DNA of 64,000 nt from NCBI GenBank assembly GCA_041660005.1, contig JBAZXG010000006.1, positions 1,879 to 65,878 of the forward strand, read 5' to 3'. The DNA is from Patescibacteria group bacterium (GTDB lineage Bacteria > Patescibacteriota > Patescibacteriia > GWA2-46-9). Made by a program: the position numbers and the translations under genes. Below the pieces are notes generated by a model. That model saw nothing but the letters and a program-made list of their open reading frames with translations, was not told the origin of the DNA and searched no databases. Positions 30,278-39,526 of the stretch are shown here, piece after piece. The number at the start of each line of letters is the position of its first letter. The stretch's first letter is position 1.

Positions 30278-32497
30278 CTATTTTTTCTGAATGTCCTCCA
30301 ATTTCAAGGAAAGCACTTTTGATGCACCTTCCTCCCCCATAGTAATGCCATAGAGAATATTTGCTTGCTGCATACTAGCGCGATTGTGGGTAATTACGAT
30401 GAACTGGGTGCGGTGAGAGAGTTGATCAATGATCTCTGCGAATCGCACTGAGTTTGCTTCGTCAAGCGCGGCGTCGACTTCGTCTAAAACAACGAACGGG
30501 GATGGATTTGAAGAAATGATAGCGCAGATAAGCGCCAGTGACGTCAGCGCTCGTTCACCACCAGAAAGCATACTAATATTTTTTAACCGCTTGCCGGGAG
30601 GTGTTGCTTGAATATCAATGCCAAGACGTTCTGTCGATGCACTGCTCGCAACAACTTCACCGTCTTCGTCTCCTTCATCGTCAGCATCTACCGCACCGCC
30701 ACCAACCGTAGGTAGTGCTACGCGCACCAATTTAGCCATACCACCACTAAATAGAATTTTGAAAAATCGCTCAAAGTCAACACTGATCCGATGAAACGAC
30801 TCGTTAAATTTCCTTTGAATCGTCTCGTCAAGTTCTCGGATTATTTTGCGCAGGTCAACAATGGCGCGCCGCAGGTCATCAGATTCAGCGACCAAGAAGT
30901 CATTGCGTTTTTTTGTCTCCTCGTACTCTTTCGCCGTTTCCTCGTCAATGGTCCCTATCTCCGCTAGACGGCATTTTAAACCTTCAATTTGCTGACGCAT
31001 ATTACCCTTCTCAGGAGACGAATAAACGGTAGTGTCCGGCTCTGGGACAACGCCACTCAACTCCTCGGCAATCTCTCGATCAAGTGCTTCTTTCTCAGCG
31101 GTTAAACGAGCCAGCATCACGTTATGTTCGTTCTCTCTGTCAATGAGGGCGCGCAATGAGTCTCGTGTCTGTCGAATCTTTCGTTCAAGTTCAAACACCG
31201 CCTTATTCTTCTTCTGCTCCTCCTCATGAAACCGTTTCATGTCGTCCCCGAGAGCGGTCAGTGTGGCAGCTATTTTTCCTTCTTCATCCTGTAATTTGGC
31301 TACCTCCTGTTCAAGTGCACTGCGCTCTACTGTTGACGCGCTATCGTCCCCTAACACTTGCTGTTTCAAGCGTCGTATATGATTGGTTAACCGCTCGAGC
31401 GATCGGCGCAATATTGCATGGGCCTCATCTGGTGACTGCTCAGCCGCAATAACGAGCTCTTTTACCGCGGCTTCCAGGTCGTAGTAAATGCCCGCGAGCT
31501 CCTCTGGCGAAGACTCCCCTTTACGCTGCCGCTTCACCTCGGAGGTCAAAACGGTTCGTGCTTCAACAAGTTTTTCCCTGAGAACGGTGCGGGCATCCCA
31601 TAGACGTTGATGATCTGCTTCTAGTTTTTTAAAACGCTCATCAACTGATGTTGCTTGCTCTAACTTAGCAAACGACTCTTCTAACTGCGCGAGCTCACGC
31701 TCAGCTGCTTCACGCTTTGCTTGCGCCTCATTTTTTTCCTTACGACTACGGGTAAGCGCCGAACTGTTTTCATAGCACACCGAACCATAATATTTTTTAC
31801 GCGCGAGATCGAGCTCCTGCATCACCGCTTCACGACGTTCTAAGCGGTGCACCTGTCGCGTCAATGATCTCAGCCGTGGGGTTATTTCTTGGATAAGCAC
31901 TTCACCCTGACGAAGGTTATCTTCTGTTTGTTCAAGTTTGTGCTCGGCATCTTCACGCTTCAACTGCAATGGACGTGTACCAGATGCCTCATCAAAATAA
32001 ACTTTTCGCTCGAGTGGGCTCGCCATTAAAATTGCATCGACCATTCCCTGTCCAATGATGCTGTACGTTTTTTGACCAAAGCTTGCCTCTGCAAGCAGCA
32101 TGGTAACATCTTGCAGGCGAACACGTTTCTTATTGACAAGATATTCTGATTCTCCACTTCGGAACAACCGACGAGTAATGACCACCTGACTATAGTCGAT
32201 AGGCGCCTGCTTATCTTCATTATTGAGGTAGAGGGAAACTTCGGCCAAACCGACACGAGAAAGTTTTTCGGTGCCAGAAAAAATAACATCCTCTGATTTT
32301 TTTCCTCTGAGCGACTTCAAACTCTGCTCACCCATGACCCAACGCAGCGCATCGGCGAAATTCGATTTTCCTGATCCGTTTGGGCCAACAATTGCCGCAA
32401 CACCACGCCGCTCACCCCCACGTGGTTGCGGAAAATTAAGCGTCGTTTTATGTACGAAAGTTTTAAATCCCTGTAACTCAAGTTTCTCTAAATGCAC
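30278..32497 (-). CDS. SMC-family ATPase (short, 739 aa; Walker A N-terminus, long coiled coil, C-terminal LSGGE signature/Walker B), possibly a minimal chromosome-condensation SMC
   Basis: GPNGSGKSN near N-terminus; LSGGERALTSLALICAIISSNPSPFVVLDEVDAALDEAN near C-terminus. No obvious hinge-length middle domain. Confidence 0.7.
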   Translation of the reverse strand: MHLEKLELQGFKTFVHKTTLNFPQPRGGERRGVAAIVGPNGSGKSNFADALRWVMGEQSLKSLRGKKSEDVIFSGTEKLSRVGLAEVSLYLNNEDKQAPIDYSQVVITRRLFRSGESEYLVNKKRVRLQDVTMLLAEASFGQKTYSIIGQGMVDAILMASPLERKVYFDEASGTRPLQLKREDAEHKLEQTEDNLRQGEVLIQEITPRLRSLTRQVHRLERREAVMQELDLARKKYYGSVCYENSSALTRSRKEKNEAQAKREAAERELAQLEESFAKLEQATSVDERFKKLEADHQRLWDARTVLREKLVEARTVLTSEVKRQRKGESSPEELAGIYYDLEAAVKELVIAAEQSPDEAHAILRRSLERLTNHIRRLKQQVLGDDSASTVERSALEQEVAKLQDEEGKIAATLTALGDDMKRFHEEEQKKNKAVFELERKIRQTRDSLRALIDRENEHNVMLARLTAEKEALDREIAEELSGVVPEPDTTVYSSPEKGNMRQQIEGLKCRLAEIGTIDEETAKEYEETKKRNDFLVAESDDLRRAIVDLRKIIRELDETIQRKFNESFHRISVDFERFFKILFSGGMAKLVRVALPTVGGGAVDADDEGDEDGEVVASSASTERLGIDIQATPPGKRLKNISMLSGGERALTSLALICAIISSNPSPFVVLDEVDAALDEANSVRFAEIIDQLSHRTQFIVITHNRASMQQANILYGITMGEEGASKVLSLKLEDIQKK

Positions 32498-32635
32498 AAT
32501 AACTGACGACTAGGTAATAATCCGCCCCGTGATACCGACAGCGGTCTTCTGCTAGTAGTATACGGGAAAAAGTGGTTTTCCGTCGAGAGCATATCGCCTG
32601 CAAAACTGGTTGCTGTATGATACAATGAGGCCAGT

Positions 32636-33400
32636 ATGTTTTTAGCAATTCAGAACATCGGCATTTTAGTAAATGCTTTTATCTGCGCAACAGTTGCTGG
32701 CACTGCTTTTGCGCTCACTCTTGCCCTCTTCCTGAGAAGAGAGCAGCAAAATCCTGCAACCGAAGCCTACGCTTGGTTTTGGTGGTTTACGGCTCTCGTC
32801 TGGTCATTCTCGGCAATACGCTACGTTGCCGTAAGCTTTGGCTACACAGGCGTATGGGTTGAGCACACTGATGTTCTCGTGCAAGCTTCCGTTTTTTTAG
32901 GGGGACCTGCCCTTTTCTATTACCTCCTAACACGCGTCTTTGGTTCAGCGAAAATTGCCTACATCGGCAGTTCGTGTTCGCTCGTTGCGGGTCTCATCGC
33001 TCTCGGACTTGCTTTACAGCAGGGCGGGGTACCGCTTGGTGACGTTACTCACTTTTCAGCTGAATCTACCATCAACGCCAAGTCCTTTGCTATCTTTGGT
33101 GCTGAAATCGCTTTTATTATACCGCTTGCCATCTTTGATCTCATACATAGGTTACGTGCATGGGGAAAACAAAAACGTTCAGTTCTTCTTTACGACGCAC
33201 TCCACACAGCCCCTCTTTTGCTGTACGTACTACTCGGTGCCATTGATGAATCAAAAATCATTACTTCCTGGCCTTTAGTCATTTTCCGCATTCTCTACGT
33301 TGCAGGTTTTCTCTTCGTTTATATTGTCATTACGCAGGAAGAAGTTCTAAAGGAGGACTACCTTTTCCAAAAAACTGAGACGACAGCGACCTATGCCTGA
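32636..33400 (+). CDS. 7-TM integral membrane protein, co-transcribed with (4-nt overlap) the downstream histidine kinase; possible membrane sensor module
   Basis: 254 aa, seven hydrophobic helices. Confidence 0.5.
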   Translation: MFLAIQNIGILVNAFICATVAGTAFALTLALFLRREQQNPATEAYAWFWWFTALVWSFSAIRYVAVSFGYTGVWVEHTDVLVQASVFLGGPALFYYLLTRVFGSAKIAYIGSSCSLVAGLIALGLALQQGGVPLGDVTHFSAESTINAKSFAIFGAEIAFIIPLAIFDLIHRLRAWGKQKRSVLLYDALHTAPLLLYVLLGAIDESKIITSWPLVIFRILYVAGFLFVYIVITQEEVLKEDYLFQKTETTATYA

Positions 33401-34661
33401 AACAACAATTGTCGAAAAAGTAGAGCCACGTAATCCTCCAGAGCTTCCTGAAAACCCATTCACTGTCGCTTCTCCTACACCAACACTACCAACAAGAAAG
33501 GCGGTAATGCACGACAGTCGGCGCCGTTCCGTTTTTTTAAGAATTTTAATTACCTTCTTTTTGCTTTCGGTAACACCGATTGCAATATCTGCAGGGCTAA
33601 CAGCTACCGTATATCAAAGCTCTATCCGCCAATTTTTGCCAGCAACAAGCGTTGACCAAGTTGAACAAGTACTTTTAGCACAAAACATTCTCATACTCAT
33701 CCTGGTTGTAATCATGGTTATTTTTGCCGGAAGTCTCATCTCTGCGTCGCTCGTCCGCCCACTGAACCGGCTCGTCAAACTAACGCACCTGGTTGGCGAA
33801 GGAGAGCTTCGGTATCGCCTTAAGGCAACCTCACGCGACGAAATTTCAGAACTTACGGAAGCATTTAACATCATGGTTGATCGGCTAGAAGAGCAGCGCC
33901 GTCGCGAACGTCTCATTAGTCAAATGAAATCAGAATTTATTTCTATTGCCGCACATCAACTGCGTACACCGCTCTCTGCCGTCAAATGGACGTTGCGCAT
34001 GCTTGAGGAGGGTGATATTGGTCCGCTCTCAGAAGAACAGCGTGAATTTATTGAGCGCGGATATCGAGTTAACGAGCGCATGATTCGCCTGGTCGGGGAT
34101 CTCCTTAATGTTGCCCGTATTGAAGAGGGGCGATTCGGCTACGAACGTATTGCAACTGATTTTCTTGCTTACCTTTCGCAAACGGTTGAAAAGTTCCGCG
34201 TGGAAGCGGCAGCTCAAGGTGTCGGCTTGTCCTACGAAAAACCGAACTTCACCCTACCGAAACTGCTTATTGACCCAGCGAAGATGGAGCTTGCAATACA
34301 AAACATTATTGAAAACGCCATTAAATATTCACAACCCGGCGGTCTCATTAATGTTGGCGTTACCCGTAAGACCGACAAAATCGAAGTAACGATCGAGGAC
34401 CACGGCGTCGGTATTCCAGAACATCAGATGCACCGCCTTTTTACCAAGTTCTTTAGGGCTGACAATGTCGTGCGTATGCAGACCGAAGGATCGGGTCTTG
34501 GTCTTTTCATTGTGAAGAACATTATAAAAAATCACGGCGGAGATATCCGCGCTGAATCGAAAGAAGGCCAGGGAACAAAAATGATATTCAATCTTCCTCT
34601 CTCCGCTACCGCAATTCCACAAAAAGAAACGACTTTCGAAGAATTTGTCGGCGGTCTCTAG
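33393..34661 (+). CDS. Sensor histidine kinase (2 TM + HAMP-like + HisKA + HATPase_c); no response regulator nearby
   Basis: H-box ISIAAHQLRTPLSAV, N-box NAIKYS, G-boxes DHGVGIP / GSGLGL. Confidence 0.8.
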   Translation: MPETTIVEKVEPRNPPELPENPFTVASPTPTLPTRKAVMHDSRRRSVFLRILITFFLLSVTPIAISAGLTATVYQSSIRQFLPATSVDQVEQVLLAQNILILILVVIMVIFAGSLISASLVRPLNRLVKLTHLVGEGELRYRLKATSRDEISELTEAFNIMVDRLEEQRRRERLISQMKSEFISIAAHQLRTPLSAVKWTLRMLEEGDIGPLSEEQREFIERGYRVNERMIRLVGDLLNVARIEEGRFGYERIATDFLAYLSQTVEKFRVEAAAQGVGLSYEKPNFTLPKLLIDPAKMELAIQNIIENAIKYSQPGGLINVGVTRKTDKIEVTIEDHGVGIPEHQMHRLFTKFFRADNVVRMQTEGSGLGLFIVKNIIKNHGGDIRAESKEGQGTKMIFNLPLSATAIPQKETTFEEFVGGL

Positions 34662-34681
34662 TAGTGAACTCACTATGCTGG

Positions 34682-37345
34682 TTAGGCCGTAGCGTAACGC
34701 GGTGATTCGGTCACCGACCAGGTTCTTGTAAAACGTTTAACAATTTCAATGGTTGTGATATCAAAAACCGCCACACCAACAATGAAGAGTAGATGACTTG
34801 GAACAAGCGGAACAGTGCCTAGTAAATAATTAAAGAACGGCATGTAGATTGTGGCCAGAGCAATGAGAAGACTTCCGGCGGTGGTGAACAACAAGAAGCG
34901 GTTTCCGTTAATACCCGTAACCCAAATAGGCCGATCCAACGAACGCAGTGAGAAAATGTAAAGCAACGGATTAATAGCGATAATAGCAAACATGATGGTT
35001 CGCGCGTACGGTATATCAACGCCAAGACGCTGTGCAAAGTATCCGAAACCAGCAAGGAGAAGCAGATCCCGAACGATAGCAGTACCAAATACGATAATCT
35101 GACCCTGTGCTGTTAAAATAGGCGCCGTTCTTCCGACGGGAGCACGCTGCATAACATTCGGCTCTCCTGGTTCAAAGGCAAGAGAAAAGGTTGGCAAACC
35201 GTCTTGAATCATATTTGCCCAAAGAATCATTACCGGTGTTAACGGCAACGGTAGACCAAGGAGCAAGGTTCCAAGAATTAAAATAAGCTCGGTAAACGAT
35301 GCGGAGAGTAAGAAGAGGGTCACCTTGCGTATATTGTCAAACGTAATCCGTCCCTCTTTTACCGCAGCAGTAATGGTGCTCAGTCCATTATTCAGCAAAA
35401 CCAGGTCGGCAGCTTCTTTGGTGGCGTCAGTAGCAGACACCGTTGCTACGCCGATATCAGCAGCTCGCAATGCCGGAGCGTCATTAATACCGTCACCCGT
35501 CATGGCCACTGATTCTCCATTAGCCATGAGCGCGCGTACGATGCGTAACTTATGCTCGGCAGTAACGCGGCAGTAGATAGCAACATCATGAACGACGCGA
35601 CGTAACTGCTCGTCTGATAATGTATCAAGAAAGGCACCAGTAACAACACTTTCTTCTGTTGTTGTGGAAAAACCAAGTTCCCGACCGATCGCCGTTGCGG
35701 TGAGCAGATGATCGCCAGTTATCATAAGAACGCGTATACCCGCTTTCCTGGTAACCGCCAAGGTTTCTTTTACATCAGAGCGGATTGGATCGCGTAATGC
35801 CACAATGCCGCGAAAATGCAGTTCAGAAACAAGCGCCCGCAATTTTGTAACATGGTTCACAGGTGTATTTCTTGGTAAGACTCTGTCAGCGATGCCAATA
35901 AGTCGATACCCCTCGGATGCCAGACGCTCCTGGAGAACGAGTAGATTCTTTCGGTCCTCCTCTTTCAATACAGCGGCGTTCCCGAGAAACTTTGAGGAAG
36001 TTAGCAACAACTCAGGAGCACCCGTAACTAGACAGTGCAGAGCGTCTGGTTTTTCTTTGTCGTTAACAAATGCGGCAATGTATTTGGTATGTGAGGTAAA
36101 TGGCAAAAAGGCAACCTCACTAAAGCGTACCCTGTTTTGCACTAAATCAGCGTTTTCTTTTAAAACAAACTCAAGCTTGGCTCGATCGGTGGCACCACCG
36201 CGAAAGACGAACGAGTCTCCATCTTTTTCGCTCACTGCTTCATTGGCAAGAGCCAAAGCAAGAAGAGCAGTCTCGTGGTCTCCTTCCAAAAAAGCTTGCT
36301 CAACCTTCATCACACCTTCGGTTAAAGTACCGGTTTTGTCGGCGCAAATAACGGTCGTCGACCCCAACGTCTCGGCGGCAATTGGTTGGCGAACAAGTCC
36401 TTTCTGCTTAAGGATCCGTGTTGTTGAAACAGCGAGTACCACAGAAAGTGCCGCCACTAAACCTTCAGGAATAGCTGCCACTGCCACCGCTACTGCAGTT
36501 TCAAATGAGGCAAAAAATCCTAACCCCCCAAAAGCACCGACAGAAATAATAATGATTCCAACCGCTACAACAGCGATACTGATACGATTGGCTAAATGCC
36601 GCAAACGAATTTGCAAAGGAGTGAGGTGGTTGTCAGCAAGGGCGGTCAACGTCGCAATTCGACCGAGCTCTGTATTGGCACCAGTTGCCACAACGACAAC
36701 CTGACCACTACCGCGTTCAACAACCGTACCCATCCACACCATATTCGATTGGTCGGCGAGCGGAGTTTTCTGGGAAACAGGATCAGTATTTTTTTTCACC
36801 AAGGTCGATTCCCCGGTCAAAATAGCCTCGTTTGTTTCAAGATCACGTGTTTGAATAATTCTGCTGTCAGCTGGTATCATCGCGCCGGCTTTAAGGTGCA
36901 CGAAGTCTCCGGGTACAAGATCTCTGGCGTCAATCTCGCGGAGCATACCCTCTCGCCACACCAAAGCAGAAACACGCACAATGCGACGTAAGGAAACTAA
37001 CGTTTTTTCTGAACGGTGCTCCTGGTAAAAACCAATAGCGGCATTCAAAACGACAACCATTAATATGACGGCGGTGTCCCCATATTCTTGCAGCCAAAAA
37101 GTCAGAGCGGCCGCAACTAACAAAATATAAATGAGCGGACTTACAAACTGATGCGCAAGCAAACGAAACCAACTAAACTTTTTTCCCACTGGCAGTTCGT
37201 TGGCTCCATAGAGTGACCGCCGATCGAGAACTTCATTGTTGGTTAATCCTGTTTCTTTGCTCGTGCGTAACGATGAGAGTACCTCGCTACCAGAAAGCGC
37301 ATGCCAGAAAATTGAACTGTTTAACTGCCCCGTGGTATTCGCCAT
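34682..37345 (-). CDS. Cation-transporting P-type ATPase (P2-type, Ca2+/Mg2+-transporting-like)
   Basis: 887 aa; TGES, ICADKTGTLT (phosphorylation site), MITGD, MTGDGINDAPAL, 10 TM. Confidence 0.9.
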   Translation of the reverse strand: MANTTGQLNSSIFWHALSGSEVLSSLRTSKETGLTNNEVLDRRSLYGANELPVGKKFSWFRLLAHQFVSPLIYILLVAAALTFWLQEYGDTAVILMVVVLNAAIGFYQEHRSEKTLVSLRRIVRVSALVWREGMLREIDARDLVPGDFVHLKAGAMIPADSRIIQTRDLETNEAILTGESTLVKKNTDPVSQKTPLADQSNMVWMGTVVERGSGQVVVVATGANTELGRIATLTALADNHLTPLQIRLRHLANRISIAVVAVGIIIISVGAFGGLGFFASFETAVAVAVAAIPEGLVAALSVVLAVSTTRILKQKGLVRQPIAAETLGSTTVICADKTGTLTEGVMKVEQAFLEGDHETALLALALANEAVSEKDGDSFVFRGGATDRAKLEFVLKENADLVQNRVRFSEVAFLPFTSHTKYIAAFVNDKEKPDALHCLVTGAPELLLTSSKFLGNAAVLKEEDRKNLLVLQERLASEGYRLIGIADRVLPRNTPVNHVTKLRALVSELHFRGIVALRDPIRSDVKETLAVTRKAGIRVLMITGDHLLTATAIGRELGFSTTTEESVVTGAFLDTLSDEQLRRVVHDVAIYCRVTAEHKLRIVRALMANGESVAMTGDGINDAPALRAADIGVATVSATDATKEAADLVLLNNGLSTITAAVKEGRITFDNIRKVTLFLLSASFTELILILGTLLLGLPLPLTPVMILWANMIQDGLPTFSLAFEPGEPNVMQRAPVGRTAPILTAQGQIIVFGTAIVRDLLLLAGFGYFAQRLGVDIPYARTIMFAIIAINPLLYIFSLRSLDRPIWVTGINGNRFLLFTTAGSLLIALATIYMPFFNYLLGTVPLVPSHLLFIVGVAVFDITTIEIVKRFTRTWSVTESPRYATA

Positions 37346-37379
37346 AATGGTTTATTAAACCAGTATAGCATAGAGATTA

Positions 37380-37805
37380 CGGCTGCTTGACGCACGGAAT
37401 AATTTTTGAACGACCTCATACTGAGGGAAACCTGCCCGACTGTGTCATTCAGGCGGGGGAACATTAAGGAAAATCCCACACCCTAAACAATCCGCCTGCG
37501 AGTGAAGTAATCATGAGCACGCAGGCCGTAGGGCTTGCCTGCTTGCGCGCGGAATAATTACTTCACGACCTCACGCAGAGGGAAAGAGTTATTCGAGAAA
37601 ACTCCGCCAAAGGCGGACAGGCATAATGTTGTCTCGAAAGAGCTATTACTGAGTGAGAACTTTTCGAGAACCACAATCTGTCTATGACAGTTGTGGAAGC
37701 GGAGAAAAGTTCGAACGTCCTCTGCTGAGGGAAAGGAACATTAAGGAAAATCCCACAGGGACTTCCGTTGGTCGCCGGAAGGTTTGCCTTAACTCTTGAA
37801 AGGAG
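37380..37805 (-). repeat. Copy 3 (longest, modules A-B-C-D-A'-E) of the tRNA-flanking repeat family, immediately 3' of tRNA-His on the minus strand
   Basis: The reverse complement matches copies 1 and 2 module by module (e.g. gtgaagtaattattccgcgcgcaagcaggcaagccctacggcctgcgtgctcatgattacttcac). It begins gttaaggcaaaccttccgg just 3' of the tRNA, as at tRNA-Leu(CAG). Confidence 0.6.
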
Positions 37806-37809
37806 CCAC

Positions 37810-37885
37810 TGGGGCGGCCAGAGGGAGTTGAACCCTCACCGAAAGGTCCACAACCTTTTGTGCTAACCGCTACACCATGGCCGCC
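37810..37885 (-). tRNA. tRNA-His (anticodon GTG) with encoded G-1 and CCA
   Basis: Reverse complement G-GCGGCCA-TG-GTGT-AGCGGTTA-GCAC-A-AAAGG-TTGTGGA-CCTTT-CGGT-GAGGG-TTCAACT-CCCTC-TGGCCGC-C-CCA. G-1:C73 is the hallmark of tRNA-His. Confidence 0.8.
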
Positions 37886-37974
37886 CCACTAGCACCTTTC
37901 TTAAAGTGTGCTTCATCATAACGTTTCAGACGACAAACTGTAAAGGTTGACACGAAGCTTCCATACTTTAAGAT

Positions 37975-38472
37975 ATGTCCATCAAGCGAAGGAGGCCTAG
38001 CATGGGCAAGTCAGGAGACGCCCCACATGATGTCCATAACAAGGTCGTCGGGTGGGTGAAGCGAAGAATCAGGAACATCGGCTATGAGGTCCGAGCACCT
38101 AACGGTCGCAGTAACTCGTGCTGCTGCTGCGACCTATTGGTGAGCCATAACGGAAACCGTCCGCTGAGGGTAGCAATCAAAGCTGTGACGATGAGGAGGT
38201 ACACGAATCGCCAAATCAATGGCAACGGCAGTACGCGAAAGTACCACTACCGTGCAGCAAGAACAAACCTACACGACTGCCGGCTATCACGGAGGGCGTC
38301 TGCCGAAGTAGCAGTCATTTGCGTCTTGGAAGACGACCGTATCGTGGTCAGCTACGTTCTTCCATGGCGCGAACTGAGACGAAGGCGGAGCGTGTTCATT
38401 CAACCCGCAGAGACCGTCAGTGGCACGAAGTGGTATGACCAGTATGAGGAGACCTGGTCGCTACTGGGCTGA
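37975..38472 (+). CDS. Hypothetical basic protein, markedly GC-richer than its surroundings, with a CCCC tetracysteine; likely horizontally acquired
   Basis: ORF track 165 aa (start may be the internal MGKSGD). No family recognised. Lies between tRNA-His/repeat and the dikinase operon. Confidence 0.35.
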   Translation: MSIKRRRPSMGKSGDAPHDVHNKVVGWVKRRIRNIGYEVRAPNGRSNSCCCCDLLVSHNGNRPLRVAIKAVTMRRYTNRQINGNGSTRKYHYRAARTNLHDCRLSRRASAEVAVICVLEDDRIVVSYVLPWRELRRRRSVFIQPAETVSGTKWYDQYEETWSLLG

Positions 38473-38496
38473 GTGTAGCTCTCCTCTAACAACCAA

Positions 38497-38529
38497 GCGA
38501 CCCCCTGCAAAGCACAAGCAGGGGGTCGC
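38497..38529. terminator. Strong bidirectional terminator hairpin (12-bp GC stem GCGACCCCCTGC/GCAGGGGGTCGC)
   Basis: Between convergent genes 37975-38472(+) and 38546-39526(-). Confidence 0.6.
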
Positions 38530-38545
38530 ACACGTTTACCAATAA

Positions 38546-39526
38546 TTAATGTAGGGTCGTAATCGGTCGCGACTGAGTGATGTAAAACTTTTTCTTATAC
38601 AACGCCCATTCAATATCTTGTGGGTGTTTATAATGGCGTTCAATCAATACGCAAATTTTTGCGAGTTCTATAATTTGTTTACCTGTGAGCTTTTGCTTGC
38701 CACCAACCTTCGGACTTAACTTTTTTTCTATAGTACCTTTTTGCGCTCTAACAATCGCCATTCTTTGCTCAGATACATTAATGTCGAGAAGTGAATAATT
38801 TTTCTTCAAAATAACGTAGGTGTCAGGGGTGACCTGTCCAGAAACAATCGCTTCTCCTAACCCAAAGCCAGCTTCAATGACTATTTGATCTCGATCGTTC
38901 GTTACAGGATGAGTAGTGAAGGCAATGCCAGAAACTTCAGATTGCACCATTTGCTGCACCACAACAGCGACGGATACAGGCACACGATGCAGTTTTTTCT
39001 CAAAACGATAAAAGATCGCGCGTGGGGTGAATAACGACGACCAACATTTCATTACTGATTGAGTAAGATTTTTTTCAGATACGTTCAAGTATGTTTCTAA
39101 CTCACCTGCCCAGGAAGCAACTTTTGAGTCTTCGGCTGTGGCAGATGAACGCACTGCAACAAGAATTTTTTTGCCTTTGCTTAACTGTTTATACGCTGCC
39201 TTAACTTCTCTTTGCAAGTTTAATGGCATTTTCTCTCGGTGTATAATGTCACGAATTTTAACCGACGCCTTTTCGACCGAGTTAATATCTTTGGGCTTCA
39301 CACTGTGCAAAATGTTTTCGAGTTCAATATTAATGTCTGTTTCTGCCATAAACGCATCAAAAGCAGATGCTAGCACAACAAAACCAGGCGGCACGAATCC
39401 CTGGGCTTGCCCGCCGAATCCTTGGAGAAGGTGGGTCATTTCGCCCAAGGAAGCACCTTTGCCACCAGCGATTTTTACGTCACTATTAGTTATTTTTTCA
39501 AAAACTTTTGTGAACAATAAACTCAT
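38546..39526 (-). CDS. Stand-alone PEP synthase/pyruvate phosphate dikinase N-terminal ATP-grasp (PPDK_N) nucleotide-binding domain protein; last gene of the operon
   Basis: 326 aa; GGKGASLGEM, VPPGFVVLASAF, VAVRSSATAEDS..SWAGELETYLNV, QDIEWA..FYITQSRPIT. These are the canonical PPDK_N blocks, with no His or PEP-binding domains. Confidence 0.85.
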   Translation of the reverse strand: MSLLFTKVFEKITNSDVKIAGGKGASLGEMTHLLQGFGGQAQGFVPPGFVVLASAFDAFMAETDINIELENILHSVKPKDINSVEKASVKIRDIIHREKMPLNLQREVKAAYKQLSKGKKILVAVRSSATAEDSKVASWAGELETYLNVSEKNLTQSVMKCWSSLFTPRAIFYRFEKKLHRVPVSVAVVVQQMVQSEVSGIAFTTHPVTNDRDQIVIEAGFGLGEAIVSGQVTPDTYVILKKNYSLLDINVSEQRMAIVRAQKGTIEKKLSPKVGGKQKLTGKQIIELAKICVLIERHYKHPQDIEWALYKKKFYITQSRPITTLH

